Positions 38,334 through 47,943 of a stretch of DNA of 64,000 nt are shown in pieces. Below the pieces are notes generated by a model, which had not been told where the DNA came from, did not search any database, and worked only from the letters and a program-made list of their open reading frames with translations. The translations under genes and the position numbers were made by a program. The stretch lies in the IMG/VR virus record IMGVR_UViG_3300036940_000262; one strand, written 5' to 3'. The number at the start of each line of letters is the position of its first letter. Position 1 is the first letter of the stretch. Source of the stretch: an uncultured virus (IMG/VR IMGVR_UViG_3300036940_000262). Lineage: Duplodnaviria > Heunggongvirae > Uroviricota > Caudoviricetes.

Positions 38334-38618
38334 ATGGTAGAGTTAAAAGGAACAACTAAACAAATAGCTTGGGCGGAAACTGTTAGAGAAGAAATTATAG
38401 ACAGGGTTGAAAGACATTTAGAGGTGATGGTAACAGGTGAAAATTTGCTTGAAAGAAATAAACAAGTTTCTTATTTAAGGGATAAAGAACTTCAATCAAT
38501 GAAAATACCTGTAAAGTACTATAAAGAGCTTTTAGATTTTTGCGATGACTTTAACTTCGCTATTAAAGAATCTGTAACTATATTACTTGAAAATAAACTG
38601 GGTTTAATACCTGAATAA
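38334..38618 (+). CDS. Hypothetical protein (phage/plasmid-type N-terminal motif)
   Basis: ELKGTTKQIAWAE.VR motif; GAGGT RBS. Confidence 0.65.
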   Translation: MVELKGTTKQIAWAETVREEIIDRVERHLEVMVTGENLLERNKQVSYLRDKELQSMKIPVKYYKELLDFCDDFNFAIKESVTILLENKLGLIPE

Positions 38619-38631
38619 ATTTTGCTATAAT
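38595..38631 (+). promoter_or_regulatory. Element-specific promoter (box-N21-TATAAT)
   Basis: AAACTGGGTT(38595-38604), 21 nt, TATAAT(38626-38631). Confidence 0.7.
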
Positions 38632-38661
38632 AAAGTAAATAGATGGGGAGGTTGATAGAGT

Positions 38662-38928
38662 ATGGCAACTAAAATTTATGTATTGTTGGAGTGCGATAAG
38701 TTTGAGACAGGTGATAGCATTAGATATATTGATGCATCATTAAATCCAGACAAAATTGCAGATAGAGTGATAAGTTTATTAAGACAAGGGATTATGGAGT
38801 ATAAAAACTCAGGAGGTAAAAAAGCTGTAGAAAAGTTTGAAACTGATAAAAATAGTGGGACATCTATTGAAGACTTGTTTAACGATATTAAGTACGGTTG
38901 CTTAGATGTTATTGAGGAACAACAGTAG
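38662..38928 (+). CDS. Hypothetical protein
   Basis: GGGGAGG RBS. Confidence 0.65.
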   Translation: MATKIYVLLECDKFETGDSIRYIDASLNPDKIADRVISLLRQGIMEYKNSGGKKAVEKFETDKNSGTSIEDLFNDIKYGCLDVIEEQQ

Positions 38929-38994
38929 TGAATGTAGTGAATGAGGTTATTTTAGAATTGTAAAACAAGCTAAAAGAAAGGCGTAGTAGATTAT

Positions 38995-39348
38995 ATGCTA
39001 ACTAAAGATAAAATATATTATTTTGCCCATCCCTGCACAACAGGAAATTTAACTATTGTTGAGAATCGGGTTATTGAGGAAAGTTTGTATAATCAGGTAT
39101 TAGCTGTTCATGGAATCAAGGTTCTCAGACCTCTGCAATTAATACCAGAAACAATGGGGCATCGAGAAGCAATGGAAAAGTGCTTTAAACTATTAGATGT
39201 GGCTGATTGTGCTATCTTCCCACAAAACTGGGAAACAAGTAAAGGTTGTAGAATGGAGTATGATTGGTGTTTAGCAAATGGTAAAACAATACTATTTATA
39301 AACAGGTACTACGAAGTAGTGAGAGAGTTGGAGGGAAAGATATGGTAA
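38995..39348 (+). CDS. DUF4406 / nucleoside 2-deoxyribosyltransferase-like protein
   Basis: YYFAHP.T; CFKLLDVAD; NWETSKGCRMEY..C...GK. Confidence 0.75.
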   Translation: MLTKDKIYYFAHPCTTGNLTIVENRVIEESLYNQVLAVHGIKVLRPLQLIPETMGHREAMEKCFKLLDVADCAIFPQNWETSKGCRMEYDWCLANGKTILFINRYYEVVRELEGKIW

Positions 39349-39704
39349 ACATGAGTACTTTAAATTTAATCTCAATGTTAAATATGTTTGCAAGAAAACA
39401 AGGACTTGGTGGTGTACCTTTCTCAGACTGTCAAGAAGGGGTAGATTACTCTAAGTTTATTGTATATGACGATAGAGATGGTGTTGCTTATGATGGGGAA
39501 CAAGTGAAGTCACATCCAATAGTGGATAGTTATATTGTAGATAGTGGTAGAAAAGAAGTTCTGTCTAATTATTCAGACAACAATCCAGGGTACATCTTTA
39601 ATTACGATATAGACAAAGTGACTGGCAAACATAGAATAGTTATAGAGTTAATCGAGGAGTGCGGAATCATAATGATTGAAGATGGACAATGGTATGTAGC
39701 ATAA
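39342..39704 (+). CDS. Hypothetical protein
   Basis: ORF overlapping the previous gene. Confidence 0.6.
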   Translation: MVNMSTLNLISMLNMFARKQGLGGVPFSDCQEGVDYSKFIVYDDRDGVAYDGEQVKSHPIVDSYIVDSGRKEVLSNYSDNNPGYIFNYDIDKVTGKHRIVIELIEECGIIMIEDGQWYVA

Positions 39705-39750
39705 TGTAGTAATCAAATGCACTTAGTAAAATCTAGGTGCTTTTTTAGTA

Positions 39751-39787
39751 CAACAAGGTTATATTAAAATGCGACTATTGGTATAAT
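39751..39787 (+). promoter_or_regulatory. Element-specific promoter (box-N21-TATAAT)
   Basis: CAACAAGGTT(39751-39760), 21 nt, TATAAT(39782-39787). Confidence 0.7.
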
Positions 39788-39821
39788 ATATGTATTATCA
39801 GTAAAAAGAGAGGTGGTTTTT

Positions 39822-41144
39822 ATGTACCCTGTAATTAATGTTTGGGTGGATGAAAATAATAAACAAGTTGGTGCAAGATTATTTGTAGATGGCGAACCCA
39901 AGGATTTTACACTAAAGGAGTTACATAAAAACTTTAAAGGAAGTCTGTCTAATGCACTTATTACAGATAAAGGATTAAGGGGTAAGAAAGGTGTTCATTT
40001 AAAAAGACGATTATCTGAGCGAAATACGGATAAAGGTAAACCTTTACTTTACACATTAATGCACAAAGATACGGTTGTATTTGAAGTATATCAAGAGTGC
40101 GTAACTATTAAAGATAGTAGTAAAATACCTTTTGAATTGAGAAATATCTTATTAAAGAAAACAGATACAATGGGTGAAATATACAAGGTAGTCTCATTTT
40201 ATAGGTGGTTAGAAGATAGAGTAAACCACCTATCAAGAGAGTATATGAATAAAGTTTATATTAAAAGAAAAGTCGGTAGAGACAGGGAGAGAATATTAAA
40301 AGATAGTTGTGCAGTATCGGTAACAGACAATTTTTGGGTACTTCGGTCAGATTTAAAAACTTCTTGGAGTGAGTTGAGAGAGGTTTTAGATACAAGTTTA
40401 TCTTTAGTAAACACAGCATTAACAGGAGACATAGAGTATAAAGGTTTTGATAAAACTGAAAAGGATACAACTTCAATTTTCTCTATAAAAGGATTTTTTC
40501 CAAAGGCTATCCATAAAGGGGTATTACTAAAACAAGGATATACCGCTGAGTACGAGGTTTTAGGTATGGAGGTGGCCAGCTACCTAAACATACCGGTTGC
40601 GCAGTCATATTACAAAGAGAACGGTGTTGTGGCTAGTAAATTGTTCACATCATCTGAAAAGTCATTAGTCCATGCAAAAGAATTATTAACATACTTGGGG
40701 TACACAAGACCTGATGAAAGTATTTCTAACGATGATGAGGTACATGAAATAGTTTATAATTATTTCAAATCTATTAGAAGGACAGATATAACTAGAGATT
40801 TAGAAAGACTGTATTTACTGACCTATATAATTGGAAATGAGGATTTGCACGAGGAAAATTTTGGGTTTTTATACAGTAACACGAGATTTGAAAATGGTAC
40901 TTTTAAGATATTAGAGGTATCCCCAGCCTATGATTTTAATAATGCTTTTTCTATTTCAACAACTTATAGCCCTTATAAGTGGATAGCAGAAAATGCAAAT
41001 TATTTTTTGTCAAATAACAAAGATATAGAGGAGAGATTAAGTTCAAGTAAATTTAAAAAACTTGTAGAGAACTTAAAACATCTTAATGACAAAGAAAAGA
41101 AAGCGATTTTAATTAGAGTAAGTAAACTCTTGAAGGAGGTTTAA
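39822..41144 (+). CDS. HipA-like kinase
   Basis: SVTDNFW; KG.FPK; EYEV; IIGNEDLHEENFG (catalytic loop); SPAYDFN. Confidence 0.82.
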   Translation: MYPVINVWVDENNKQVGARLFVDGEPKDFTLKELHKNFKGSLSNALITDKGLRGKKGVHLKRRLSERNTDKGKPLLYTLMHKDTVVFEVYQECVTIKDSSKIPFELRNILLKKTDTMGEIYKVVSFYRWLEDRVNHLSREYMNKVYIKRKVGRDRERILKDSCAVSVTDNFWVLRSDLKTSWSELREVLDTSLSLVNTALTGDIEYKGFDKTEKDTTSIFSIKGFFPKAIHKGVLLKQGYTAEYEVLGMEVASYLNIPVAQSYYKENGVVASKLFTSSEKSLVHAKELLTYLGYTRPDESISNDDEVHEIVYNYFKSIRRTDITRDLERLYLLTYIIGNEDLHEENFGFLYSNTRFENGTFKILEVSPAYDFNNAFSISTTYSPYKWIAENANYFLSNNKDIEERLSSSKFKKLVENLKHLNDKEKKAILIRVSKLLKEV

Positions 41145-41146
41145 AA

Positions 41147-41746
41147 ATGAGATATTTTATAAGTGATTTGCACTTCAATCATGAAGTGGCCTTAATAAAC
41201 TATAAAAGACCATTCAGCTCAGTAGAGGAGATGAATGAGTCAATAATAGATAACTGGAATAATGCAGTAGGAAACAAAGATACAGTATATCTTTTGGGTG
41301 ATGTAGCCTTTGGTAGTGGAAAAACTATTTCTGATTTAGTGTCAAGACTAAACGGCAGAAAACACCTAATAGCAGGTAATTGGGACAGTAAATTTTTATT
41401 TAGCAGAGGGTTTGACAATCGAGTATTCAAATCAATAACCTCTTACAACACGAGAAGTCATACAATAGAGGGGTACGAAGGAAGATTGATTTTAAGTCAC
41501 TACCCTTTTGCCGATTGGGATTCTTCACATAAAGGTACAATCCATCTTCATGGACATATTCATAACAGAGTCCCTAGTTTTCAGTTATTGGGAGATGCTT
41601 CTAAACGATTTATGTTCAATGTATCTTTAGAGGTAATGGATTATAGACCACAAACCTTAGAAGAGATTATGAATGGACGACTTGAGGAGTGGGTAGACTT
41701 TATAAAGTCTGGTAAGAGATTAAACGGTTTAGAGGGTTTAATATAA
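41147..41746 (+). CDS. Calcineurin-like metallophosphoesterase
   Basis: SDLHFNH; LLGD; AGNWD; LSHYP; HLHGHIH; FNVS. Confidence 0.9.
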   Translation: MRYFISDLHFNHEVALINYKRPFSSVEEMNESIIDNWNNAVGNKDTVYLLGDVAFGSGKTISDLVSRLNGRKHLIAGNWDSKFLFSRGFDNRVFKSITSYNTRSHTIEGYEGRLILSHYPFADWDSSHKGTIHLHGHIHNRVPSFQLLGDASKRFMFNVSLEVMDYRPQTLEEIMNGRLEEWVDFIKSGKRLNGLEGLI

Positions 41747-41756
41747 GGAGGTTAAA

Positions 41757-42557
41757 ATTAAAGTAGAAAGAGAACTTGTACGTGGAGATGTGATTGTCTG
41801 TAAAGGAACTCGTGCTGTCATTGCAGAAGTATTGGCTCAAGATGCATATGAGGGGTACGAGGGACGAGAGGGATATTATGATATTGAGATTAAAGACACA
41901 AGGGGCAAATATCGTCATTGGAAGTCCGACTCAGATGGCGGTCATGTAGAATTGCTTGGTGGGATGAAAGAGTTTGGCATTTTAGTAGATTGTTTTAGCG
42001 GTAAAACAATGAACTACATGAGAGAGTGTGTAAAGGTACTTAAAAGTCATAACTACAATCCTGATAAAGTTTTAACTTCTCTACACATGAAAGTGATTGA
42101 CTATAAACCTGGGTGGCATTTAGAGTACTCATTTAAGGATTTGGGTGTCATGTCAAACAAAAATGATGGAACAGATACTTCTTATAAAAATCTAGTATCT
42201 TCTATTAGAGAGGACTTCGGTGAGTTCGAGCGGTTGGTATTCCCTTGCAGTATAGGAGAGGGGTATGTGTTTGATAACAAGTTGGTAGCATATAAGCACA
42301 ACTCTTATTTACAAGATTATTATGAATTATTAGAGAGTACAGTAGAGATGTACTATAACGGTTCACCTTTGGACGAATCTCAATTATCAAACATGATGTT
42401 AAGGGATGAGGTGTATTTGAGTAAAGGTAGTCATGAAAAGATTATTGCTTCACTCAATAAGTTTAAAGGCGGAACTTGGAAATATGATGGTGATGGAACA
42501 CCTGACGATATTGTATACACAGACGGAACTAACTTCTTTGTAGTATACATAAGATAA
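41757..42557 (+). CDS. Hypothetical protein (possible ATT start; ORF track uses GTG at 41790)
   Basis: AAGGAGG RBS at 41745-41751 precedes in-frame ATT at 41757. Confidence 0.6.
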   Translation: MKVERELVRGDVIVCKGTRAVIAEVLAQDAYEGYEGREGYYDIEIKDTRGKYRHWKSDSDGGHVELLGGMKEFGILVDCFSGKTMNYMRECVKVLKSHNYNPDKVLTSLHMKVIDYKPGWHLEYSFKDLGVMSNKNDGTDTSYKNLVSSIREDFGEFERLVFPCSIGEGYVFDNKLVAYKHNSYLQDYYELLESTVEMYYNGSPLDESQLSNMMLRDEVYLSKGSHEKIIASLNKFKGGTWKYDGDGTPDDIVYTDGTNFFVVYIR

Positions 42558-42575
42558 GTTTAGAGGGGTAGTTTT

Positions 42576-43088
42576 ATGACATTAGCTGACAGAATCCAAT
42601 TAGCAATGAAAAAAAGAAAGCTTAAACAGGTAGATTTAGTAAACTTGACAGGTATACCACAGAGTACATTAAGTCTCTACATAAGAGAAGGTCACATACC
42701 TAAGAAAGAGGTACTTCAAACGATTGCGGATGCACTAGACGTATCAGTATTCTGGCTAAAGGGGTATGATGAGTATGAGAAAATTCCAGAGACAACTGAA
42801 AAAATAAGTGCTGTATTGATAGGTAAATTAATAGAATCTCATTATGAGAAAAATGAACAGAAGTTTAAAGACTATGCGGAGTTCATTCATAGCAAGTATA
42901 CTGAAACTAGAGACGATAGGTCAGCTAAGATAATCAGAAACAAGATAGACGGGGTAATTGGGACGCAAGTTGTTCTTGATGAGGTTTCTGAGTTGGAGGA
43001 GTTGGTCGTAATAGATAAACGAGGGCAGTCAGACTTAGTTGAGATTAAAAACATTCTCAGGGAAATCGCAAAGAAACTGGAAGTTTAA
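42576..43088 (+). CDS. XRE-family HTH transcriptional regulator
   Basis: RI...MKKRKLKQVDL..LTGIPQSTLSLY..G..PK...IADALDVS..WL.G. Confidence 0.85.
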   Translation: MTLADRIQLAMKKRKLKQVDLVNLTGIPQSTLSLYIREGHIPKKEVLQTIADALDVSVFWLKGYDEYEKIPETTEKISAVLIGKLIESHYEKNEQKFKDYAEFIHSKYTETRDDRSAKIIRNKIDGVIGTQVVLDEVSELEELVVIDKRGQSDLVEIKNILREIAKKLEV

Positions 43089-43191
43089 AAGTGCTATTGT
43101 GAAATAAAAATATTTTTATTTCAGGGGAGGGGTTAACTACAAAAAGAAAGTTATACCGCAAGAAAACGCATCCTAGCATTGGTGAATGGGA

Positions 43192-43219
43192 ACTATACTA
43201 TATTTACTATACTATATTT
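43192..43219. repeat. Tandem 14-bp direct repeat
   Basis: ACTATACTATATTT x2 in a 427-bp intergenic region. Confidence 0.8.
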
Positions 43220-43432
43220 AAGGAAGAGGGGCAGGTCTTATCTTTAAAATAAGACCGCCTTTTCCTGTTTTTGGTTTTCAGAGTCTTTTTAAAAGCCTTA
43301 AAAAGATTTACGCTTGGAAAGTTACTGCAGTTTGGTTTTGTCGGCTTATTTTGGCGATATTAAGCAAATAAAGGGTTAGGTGGCTTTCAAAAAGGGATAA
43401 AAAGTTTTTAAAAAATATTTTAAAAGCATAGT

Positions 43433-43469
43433 GAACAAGGTAAAAGTGCAAGACAATTTATGTTATACT
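43433..43469 (+). promoter_or_regulatory. Element-specific promoter (box-N21-TATACT)
   Basis: GAACAAGGTA(43433-43442), 21 nt, TATACT(43464-43469). Confidence 0.72.
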
Positions 43470-43515
43470 ATACAGGTAAGTTAAGATAGGGTTTTAACGT
43501 TTATAGAAAGGTAGT

Positions 43516-44157
43516 GTGTATGTTATGTTATTAGAGAAGGAAATACCTGAATTTAAGAAGTTTCTTGAAAAACATGGTTATGTTACGCTAGAGAACTCAA
43601 AAAATGAGTATGAAATCTTAAGATGCGAAAGACGACCAAACAAGCCAATGGGTATTACGAAAGACTTGATTGTTCTGTACCGTAAAAAGTCTGGTATGAT
43701 AACAGTTGTAAGCAAAAGTAATGTTATGCTGGATGAGTTTGAAAAAATAAAAACAAAAGACTACACTGTTAAGTATGTAGAATCTGGGGGAGATTACGGG
43801 TACTCACTTCTAGATCCACAAGCCAGAAATGGCAACTTTAGTAAGTTGGCTCAATTCTTAACAAAGTTGGGGTACAAACCTTCTTTTGTTAAATATCCTG
43901 TACTGTTTAAATTTAGCAAAGGAAACGATTCTTTTGAAGTAAAAACAGGTTATAAAGTTTCCGATAATGACCTTAAGATGGTAGAGGTTTGTGATAGAGT
44001 ATCAGGAACAAACTTAAAAAGATTATTTCTACTTGGCGAAAACTATGTTATGAGTGAAGTAGATACTACTATTGTCAGTGAGTACTCAAATCAAGAGGAT
44101 TATCCTAATTACGGTAGTGTACCTTTTCCAGACGACTATTTTGAAGGGCAGTTATGA
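43516..44157 (+). CDS. Hypothetical protein
   Basis: First ORF of a long operon. Confidence 0.65.
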   Translation: MYVMLLEKEIPEFKKFLEKHGYVTLENSKNEYEILRCERRPNKPMGITKDLIVLYRKKSGMITVVSKSNVMLDEFEKIKTKDYTVKYVESGGDYGYSLLDPQARNGNFSKLAQFLTKLGYKPSFVKYPVLFKFSKGNDSFEVKTGYKVSDNDLKMVEVCDRVSGTNLKRLFLLGENYVMSEVDTTIVSEYSNQEDYPNYGSVPFPDDYFEGQL

Positions 44158-44378
44158 CTACTGAGTTAGAGAGGAATTTAGTCGAGGAGTTTTGTGACTT
44201 CTTAGCAAGTCAAGGTTTTGAGTGCAGGGTAGACGGCATTTATGAAAACACTCAAACAGATGTAAGTATCCAAATTTCAGATTTAGGTGAGCTTTGCACA
44301 GTAAAGTGCAACCATAACGAAACAAGTTACTTATCTGAATATTATGTAGATAAGTTTAAAAGAGAAAGGGCTAGTTAA
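44154..44378 (+). CDS. Hypothetical protein
   Basis: ATGA overlap. Confidence 0.6.
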   Translation: MTTELERNLVEEFCDFLASQGFECRVDGIYENTQTDVSIQISDLGELCTVKCNHNETSYLSEYYVDKFKRERAS

Positions 44379-44406
44379 GAAAACTAGCAGAGGAGGTAGT
44401 TTAGTA

Positions 44407-45564
44407 GTGGGACAAAGAGTAGTAATTGTAGATTTTAATCACATGGTGCATACCTATGCAAACAGTAGTCATCGTTTATCAGAGGTAATTGACGGTGAAA
44501 GAGTTGACACAACAATTCAGAGTGGGACAATTAAAGCAATTCATAAATGGTCAAGAGGTGGGTGTAATCCAACGGCTGTGTGTTTTGACAGCCCTGTAGC
44601 TATTAAGAAATCATATTTTGCAGAAGCATTGGGGATGGATACACAAACAGAAAAAGAGTACAAAGGTGGCAGAAAAGGCCTTGGAGGAGACATTTACGAA
44701 ACGATGGACGCTATTAAGAAGATGTTGATGCGTTCAGGGGTATCATGCTATAAAGCAGAAAACTACGAGGCTGACGACTTAATTTCAGCTTGTGTAGACA
44801 GAGCAAAAGAGCAGTACCCAGGTATGCCAATCGACATCATTACTAATGATGCGGATATTCTTCCTTTAGTGGATGAACAAGTATCAGTTTTTCTGAGAAG
44901 TAAAAAGATGACTTGGGCAGAAAGCAAGGAATTAATAAAACCTAAGTATGTCCAGGTAAAACCTGAGAACTTACAAGAGGTTGTTGAGGGTATGTCGGCA
45001 TTTAAGGGGTTTAAGATTCCTTACAACACAGTTTTACTTCATAAACTACTAAGAGGAGACAGTTCTGATAACATTAATACTGATAGTGTTAAAGAAGTCA
45101 GTAAACTTTTTCCACCTAAGAAGTTTAATGAAATGATTGACAGAATGGAAGAGGCTAACGTAGACTTTTCTAAACTTTTTAGATACGGTAAAAACGAGCA
45201 GATTTTCATTGACAAAGATAACAAGCCAATTGCACCTCATAAGTTAGGTAGATATGAACAAGGTGAGTTGCAGAAAATCTACTTAGATCCAAAAGAGTTA
45301 ACAAATATGGCAGGTATCTTATCTTGGTACTACGACTTTGGAAATAAAGTAACTGATGAAGAAAAAGAGGAGCTTATTCAAAAGGTAACTAAACACATCG
45401 AGGTTATGTACAGGGGCATGAACTTAAATGGTCGTCTGGTTGTAAACGGTGGTGAGTTCATCAGAAATCCTGCACAGGTAAAACAAATTAATACCTTTGA
45501 GGAGTACGATTTACAAAAGAGCATCAAGAAATGGGGTATAACTCTATCATTAGGAAGGTTCTAA
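44407..45564 (+). CDS. Stand-alone 5'-3' exonuclease / flap endonuclease (PolA N-domain, T4 RNase H/T5 exo-like)
   Basis: VIVDFN; AVCFDS; YKGGR; YEADDLI; ITND.D; LRGDSSDNI. Confidence 0.88.
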   Translation: MGQRVVIVDFNHMVHTYANSSHRLSEVIDGERVDTTIQSGTIKAIHKWSRGGCNPTAVCFDSPVAIKKSYFAEALGMDTQTEKEYKGGRKGLGGDIYETMDAIKKMLMRSGVSCYKAENYEADDLISACVDRAKEQYPGMPIDIITNDADILPLVDEQVSVFLRSKKMTWAESKELIKPKYVQVKPENLQEVVEGMSAFKGFKIPYNTVLLHKLLRGDSSDNINTDSVKEVSKLFPPKKFNEMIDRMEEANVDFSKLFRYGKNEQIFIDKDNKPIAPHKLGRYEQGELQKIYLDPKELTNMAGILSWYYDFGNKVTDEEKEELIQKVTKHIEVMYRGMNLNGRLVVNGGEFIRNPAQVKQINTFEEYDLQKSIKKWGITLSLGRF

Positions 45565-45565
45565 T

Positions 45566-46696
45566 ATGGGATTAAGGACAAGTTTTAGGGATTCTTTAAA
45601 CAATCAGGAAAAGGTTGAAACAGAAGAACCTGTTGTAGTTAAGGAGTATCAAACAAAGCAAAATAAAAAGAAATCTAAAAGAGGCTGGAAGGCTCCACCA
45701 CCTGTAGTAGAGGATGAGACAGGGGAACTTCCACCAGAGGATAGACCCGAACCATCAGAGGATGCTTTAGAGGTTAAGCCTAAAAAGAAAAAGAGGAAGT
45801 GGCTCAGGAGGTTGGTAACAAGTATTTTGCTTTTACTTGTTGTTGGTTTTGGCATCACTTTTGCAATGAGTTCAGGGGTACTGGAGTCCACATCTGACAA
45901 GGTTTCAGGTTTATATACTGACTCTAGTAAGAGTGATATTATAAGCACTGTAACTGTAGATGATCTAGATATCTACTATGCAAAAGCAGGTGATGACGAA
46001 TCGTTAGTTTCTGAGTTAGATACGATTGCGCTATATCTTAGTGATAAAGAGTTGATCAGTAGTGCTAGTAGTAGTAATGTAGAGTTAAATGAAGGTCTAG
46101 TATCTATAACTACTGTAAGCGATAATTTAGAAAACTATACTGTAACAGGTTTAGCATTGACTATGTCAGAGTATGTAAACGAATTTATGACAGAATATGG
46201 TGAGTATACTTCTTTAAGAAACGAACTAACATCTATATCTGATTATGCTACATTTGATGAAAACTTGTATATAGATAGACTAGATAAGATAACTCATACA
46301 GAAAACAGAGAAGAACTTGATAATCTGGTATCGATTTTAAATGATTCTAAAGCAATGTCAGAGTCAATAGCGGGTTTACAAGGTGCTGAGTTAGATGCTA
46401 AAAATGCAGAGATTGCACAACAAGCTTCTGAAATAGAGGAGTATAAGTCTGAAATAGACAGTTATCAGAAAAAGGCGGATAAGTTTACAGAAGACATCCA
46501 AGAGGTACTAGAAAAGTACCTGCCTATTGAAAAAATAGAGGATGGTGATTCGGAATCATCAACAGTGAATCTAGACAATATCCAGGACAAAGTTTCTGAG
46601 ACATCTGACAATATAAATAATACAATAGAAACTGTTCAAGAAAAGAAGAATATTGTTGAGAATATAATTACAACAGTTAAGAGTTTATTTGAATGA
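45566..46696 (+). CDS. Single-TM coiled-coil protein
   Basis: Basic stretch, TM helix, then coiled coil. Confidence 0.7.
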   Translation: MGLRTSFRDSLNNQEKVETEEPVVVKEYQTKQNKKKSKRGWKAPPPVVEDETGELPPEDRPEPSEDALEVKPKKKKRKWLRRLVTSILLLLVVGFGITFAMSSGVLESTSDKVSGLYTDSSKSDIISTVTVDDLDIYYAKAGDDESLVSELDTIALYLSDKELISSASSSNVELNEGLVSITTVSDNLENYTVTGLALTMSEYVNEFMTEYGEYTSLRNELTSISDYATFDENLYIDRLDKITHTENREELDNLVSILNDSKAMSESIAGLQGAELDAKNAEIAQQASEIEEYKSEIDSYQKKADKFTEDIQEVLEKYLPIEKIEDGDSESSTVNLDNIQDKVSETSDNINNTIETVQEKKNIVENIITTVKSLFE

Positions 46697-46760
46697 TGGT
46701 GTATATTGGGGTATGTTGGTGACAATATACCCTTTTATAATAATTTTGTTTTGAAAGGGT

Positions 46761-47582
46761 GTGGTTTCTTTGGCAGTTAGTGTTGAACAGAATTTTATAA
46801 GGGAGTTTAAAAAATCTTGTAATAAAACAAATTATCGGTTTTCCACAAACTTCGTAAAGTCCATATCTCCACCAGAATCCGCAGGTTGGGAAGTGTCTGG
46901 ACTTCATAAAGGGTTTGTTGTAATTCCTAAAGAAGCGTCTGTAGGCTTATTTAAGCAATTAAACAATACGGTAGTAGACTTGTATCCACCTTCAAAAAGG
47001 TTGGCTAAGAGGAGGGTCAATTTAGTAACAAGAGATTTTGAGAGAGATTCAAAAGGTAAACCTGTATTGCAGGATGTTACAAGACACTCTGGTTCTATCG
47101 CCGTAATCTCTGAAATAGATTTAAAACTACCTTTCAAGAGAGTGCCTATAGAAGGCTTCGACTATGTGGATTTTTTCATCAACAAGCAAGGGGTGAAGAA
47201 GTTTATCTACATCATACCTAAAAAGATGATTCACCTGGTAAATCAAGTAGCATTGGTAATCTCGACAAAGAATATGAGGAACTACCATGGAAAGGCTTAT
47301 CAAACATGGAGACATGGGACTTTCTATCTTCACCTAGTACCTTATAAACCAAAAGCAAACTATGTTGGTAGTAAAGTGATCTGCACGAAAACATCTTTAG
47401 ATTTTAGTAAAGAGATTTCTACTATTGTAAACTACTGGATGCAGATAGGGTTTATTCCTGAAATAAGATTATGTAACACTTCTTTAGGTAACATGGTTGT
47501 AAGAGATGTAGAACAGGCATTTGAGTCATTTACAAAGATTGAAAGGTTATCTTTAGCAGACAAGGAGATTTATGGAGAGTAA
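46761..47582 (+). CDS. Hypothetical basic protein
   Basis: Long ORF in operon. Confidence 0.65.
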   Translation: MVSLAVSVEQNFIREFKKSCNKTNYRFSTNFVKSISPPESAGWEVSGLHKGFVVIPKEASVGLFKQLNNTVVDLYPPSKRLAKRRVNLVTRDFERDSKGKPVLQDVTRHSGSIAVISEIDLKLPFKRVPIEGFDYVDFFINKQGVKKFIYIIPKKMIHLVNQVALVISTKNMRNYHGKAYQTWRHGTFYLHLVPYKPKANYVGSKVICTKTSLDFSKEISTIVNYWMQIGFIPEIRLCNTSLGNMVVRDVEQAFESFTKIERLSLADKEIYGE

Positions 47583-47943
47583 TATCGTATACTGCAGAAA
47601 AAGCAACGAGTATTATGTGCTAGACTTAACTGATGAAAGTTTCAGAAGGTATAATAACTTTGGAAAGGCTGTTAGTCGAAAGGGGTACATAGGACTAAGC
47701 ACAGACTGGTTACATGTGGAAGTTTTATCTGTAATTACAAAAGGGTTGGGTTGCGAGTTATATTACAGCGGTAATAAAAAGCTTGTAAACAACTCATTGC
47801 AAGACTGCTTAAGTTTTATTAGACATTTCGGTGGGTATTATGCAGGAAACTTATTTGACAACTTTGGTGAGTACACACAAGTTATTTTCTGTTATCCACA
47901 ACATTCAAAAATACCGTTTAAAATATTGAATAAAGTCCGTTAA
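47572..47943 (+). CDS. Hypothetical protein
   Basis: AAGGAG RBS. Confidence 0.6.
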   Translation: MESNIVYCRKSNEYYVLDLTDESFRRYNNFGKAVSRKGYIGLSTDWLHVEVLSVITKGLGCELYYSGNKKLVNNSLQDCLSFIRHFGGYYAGNLFDNFGEYTQVIFCYPQHSKIPFKILNKVR

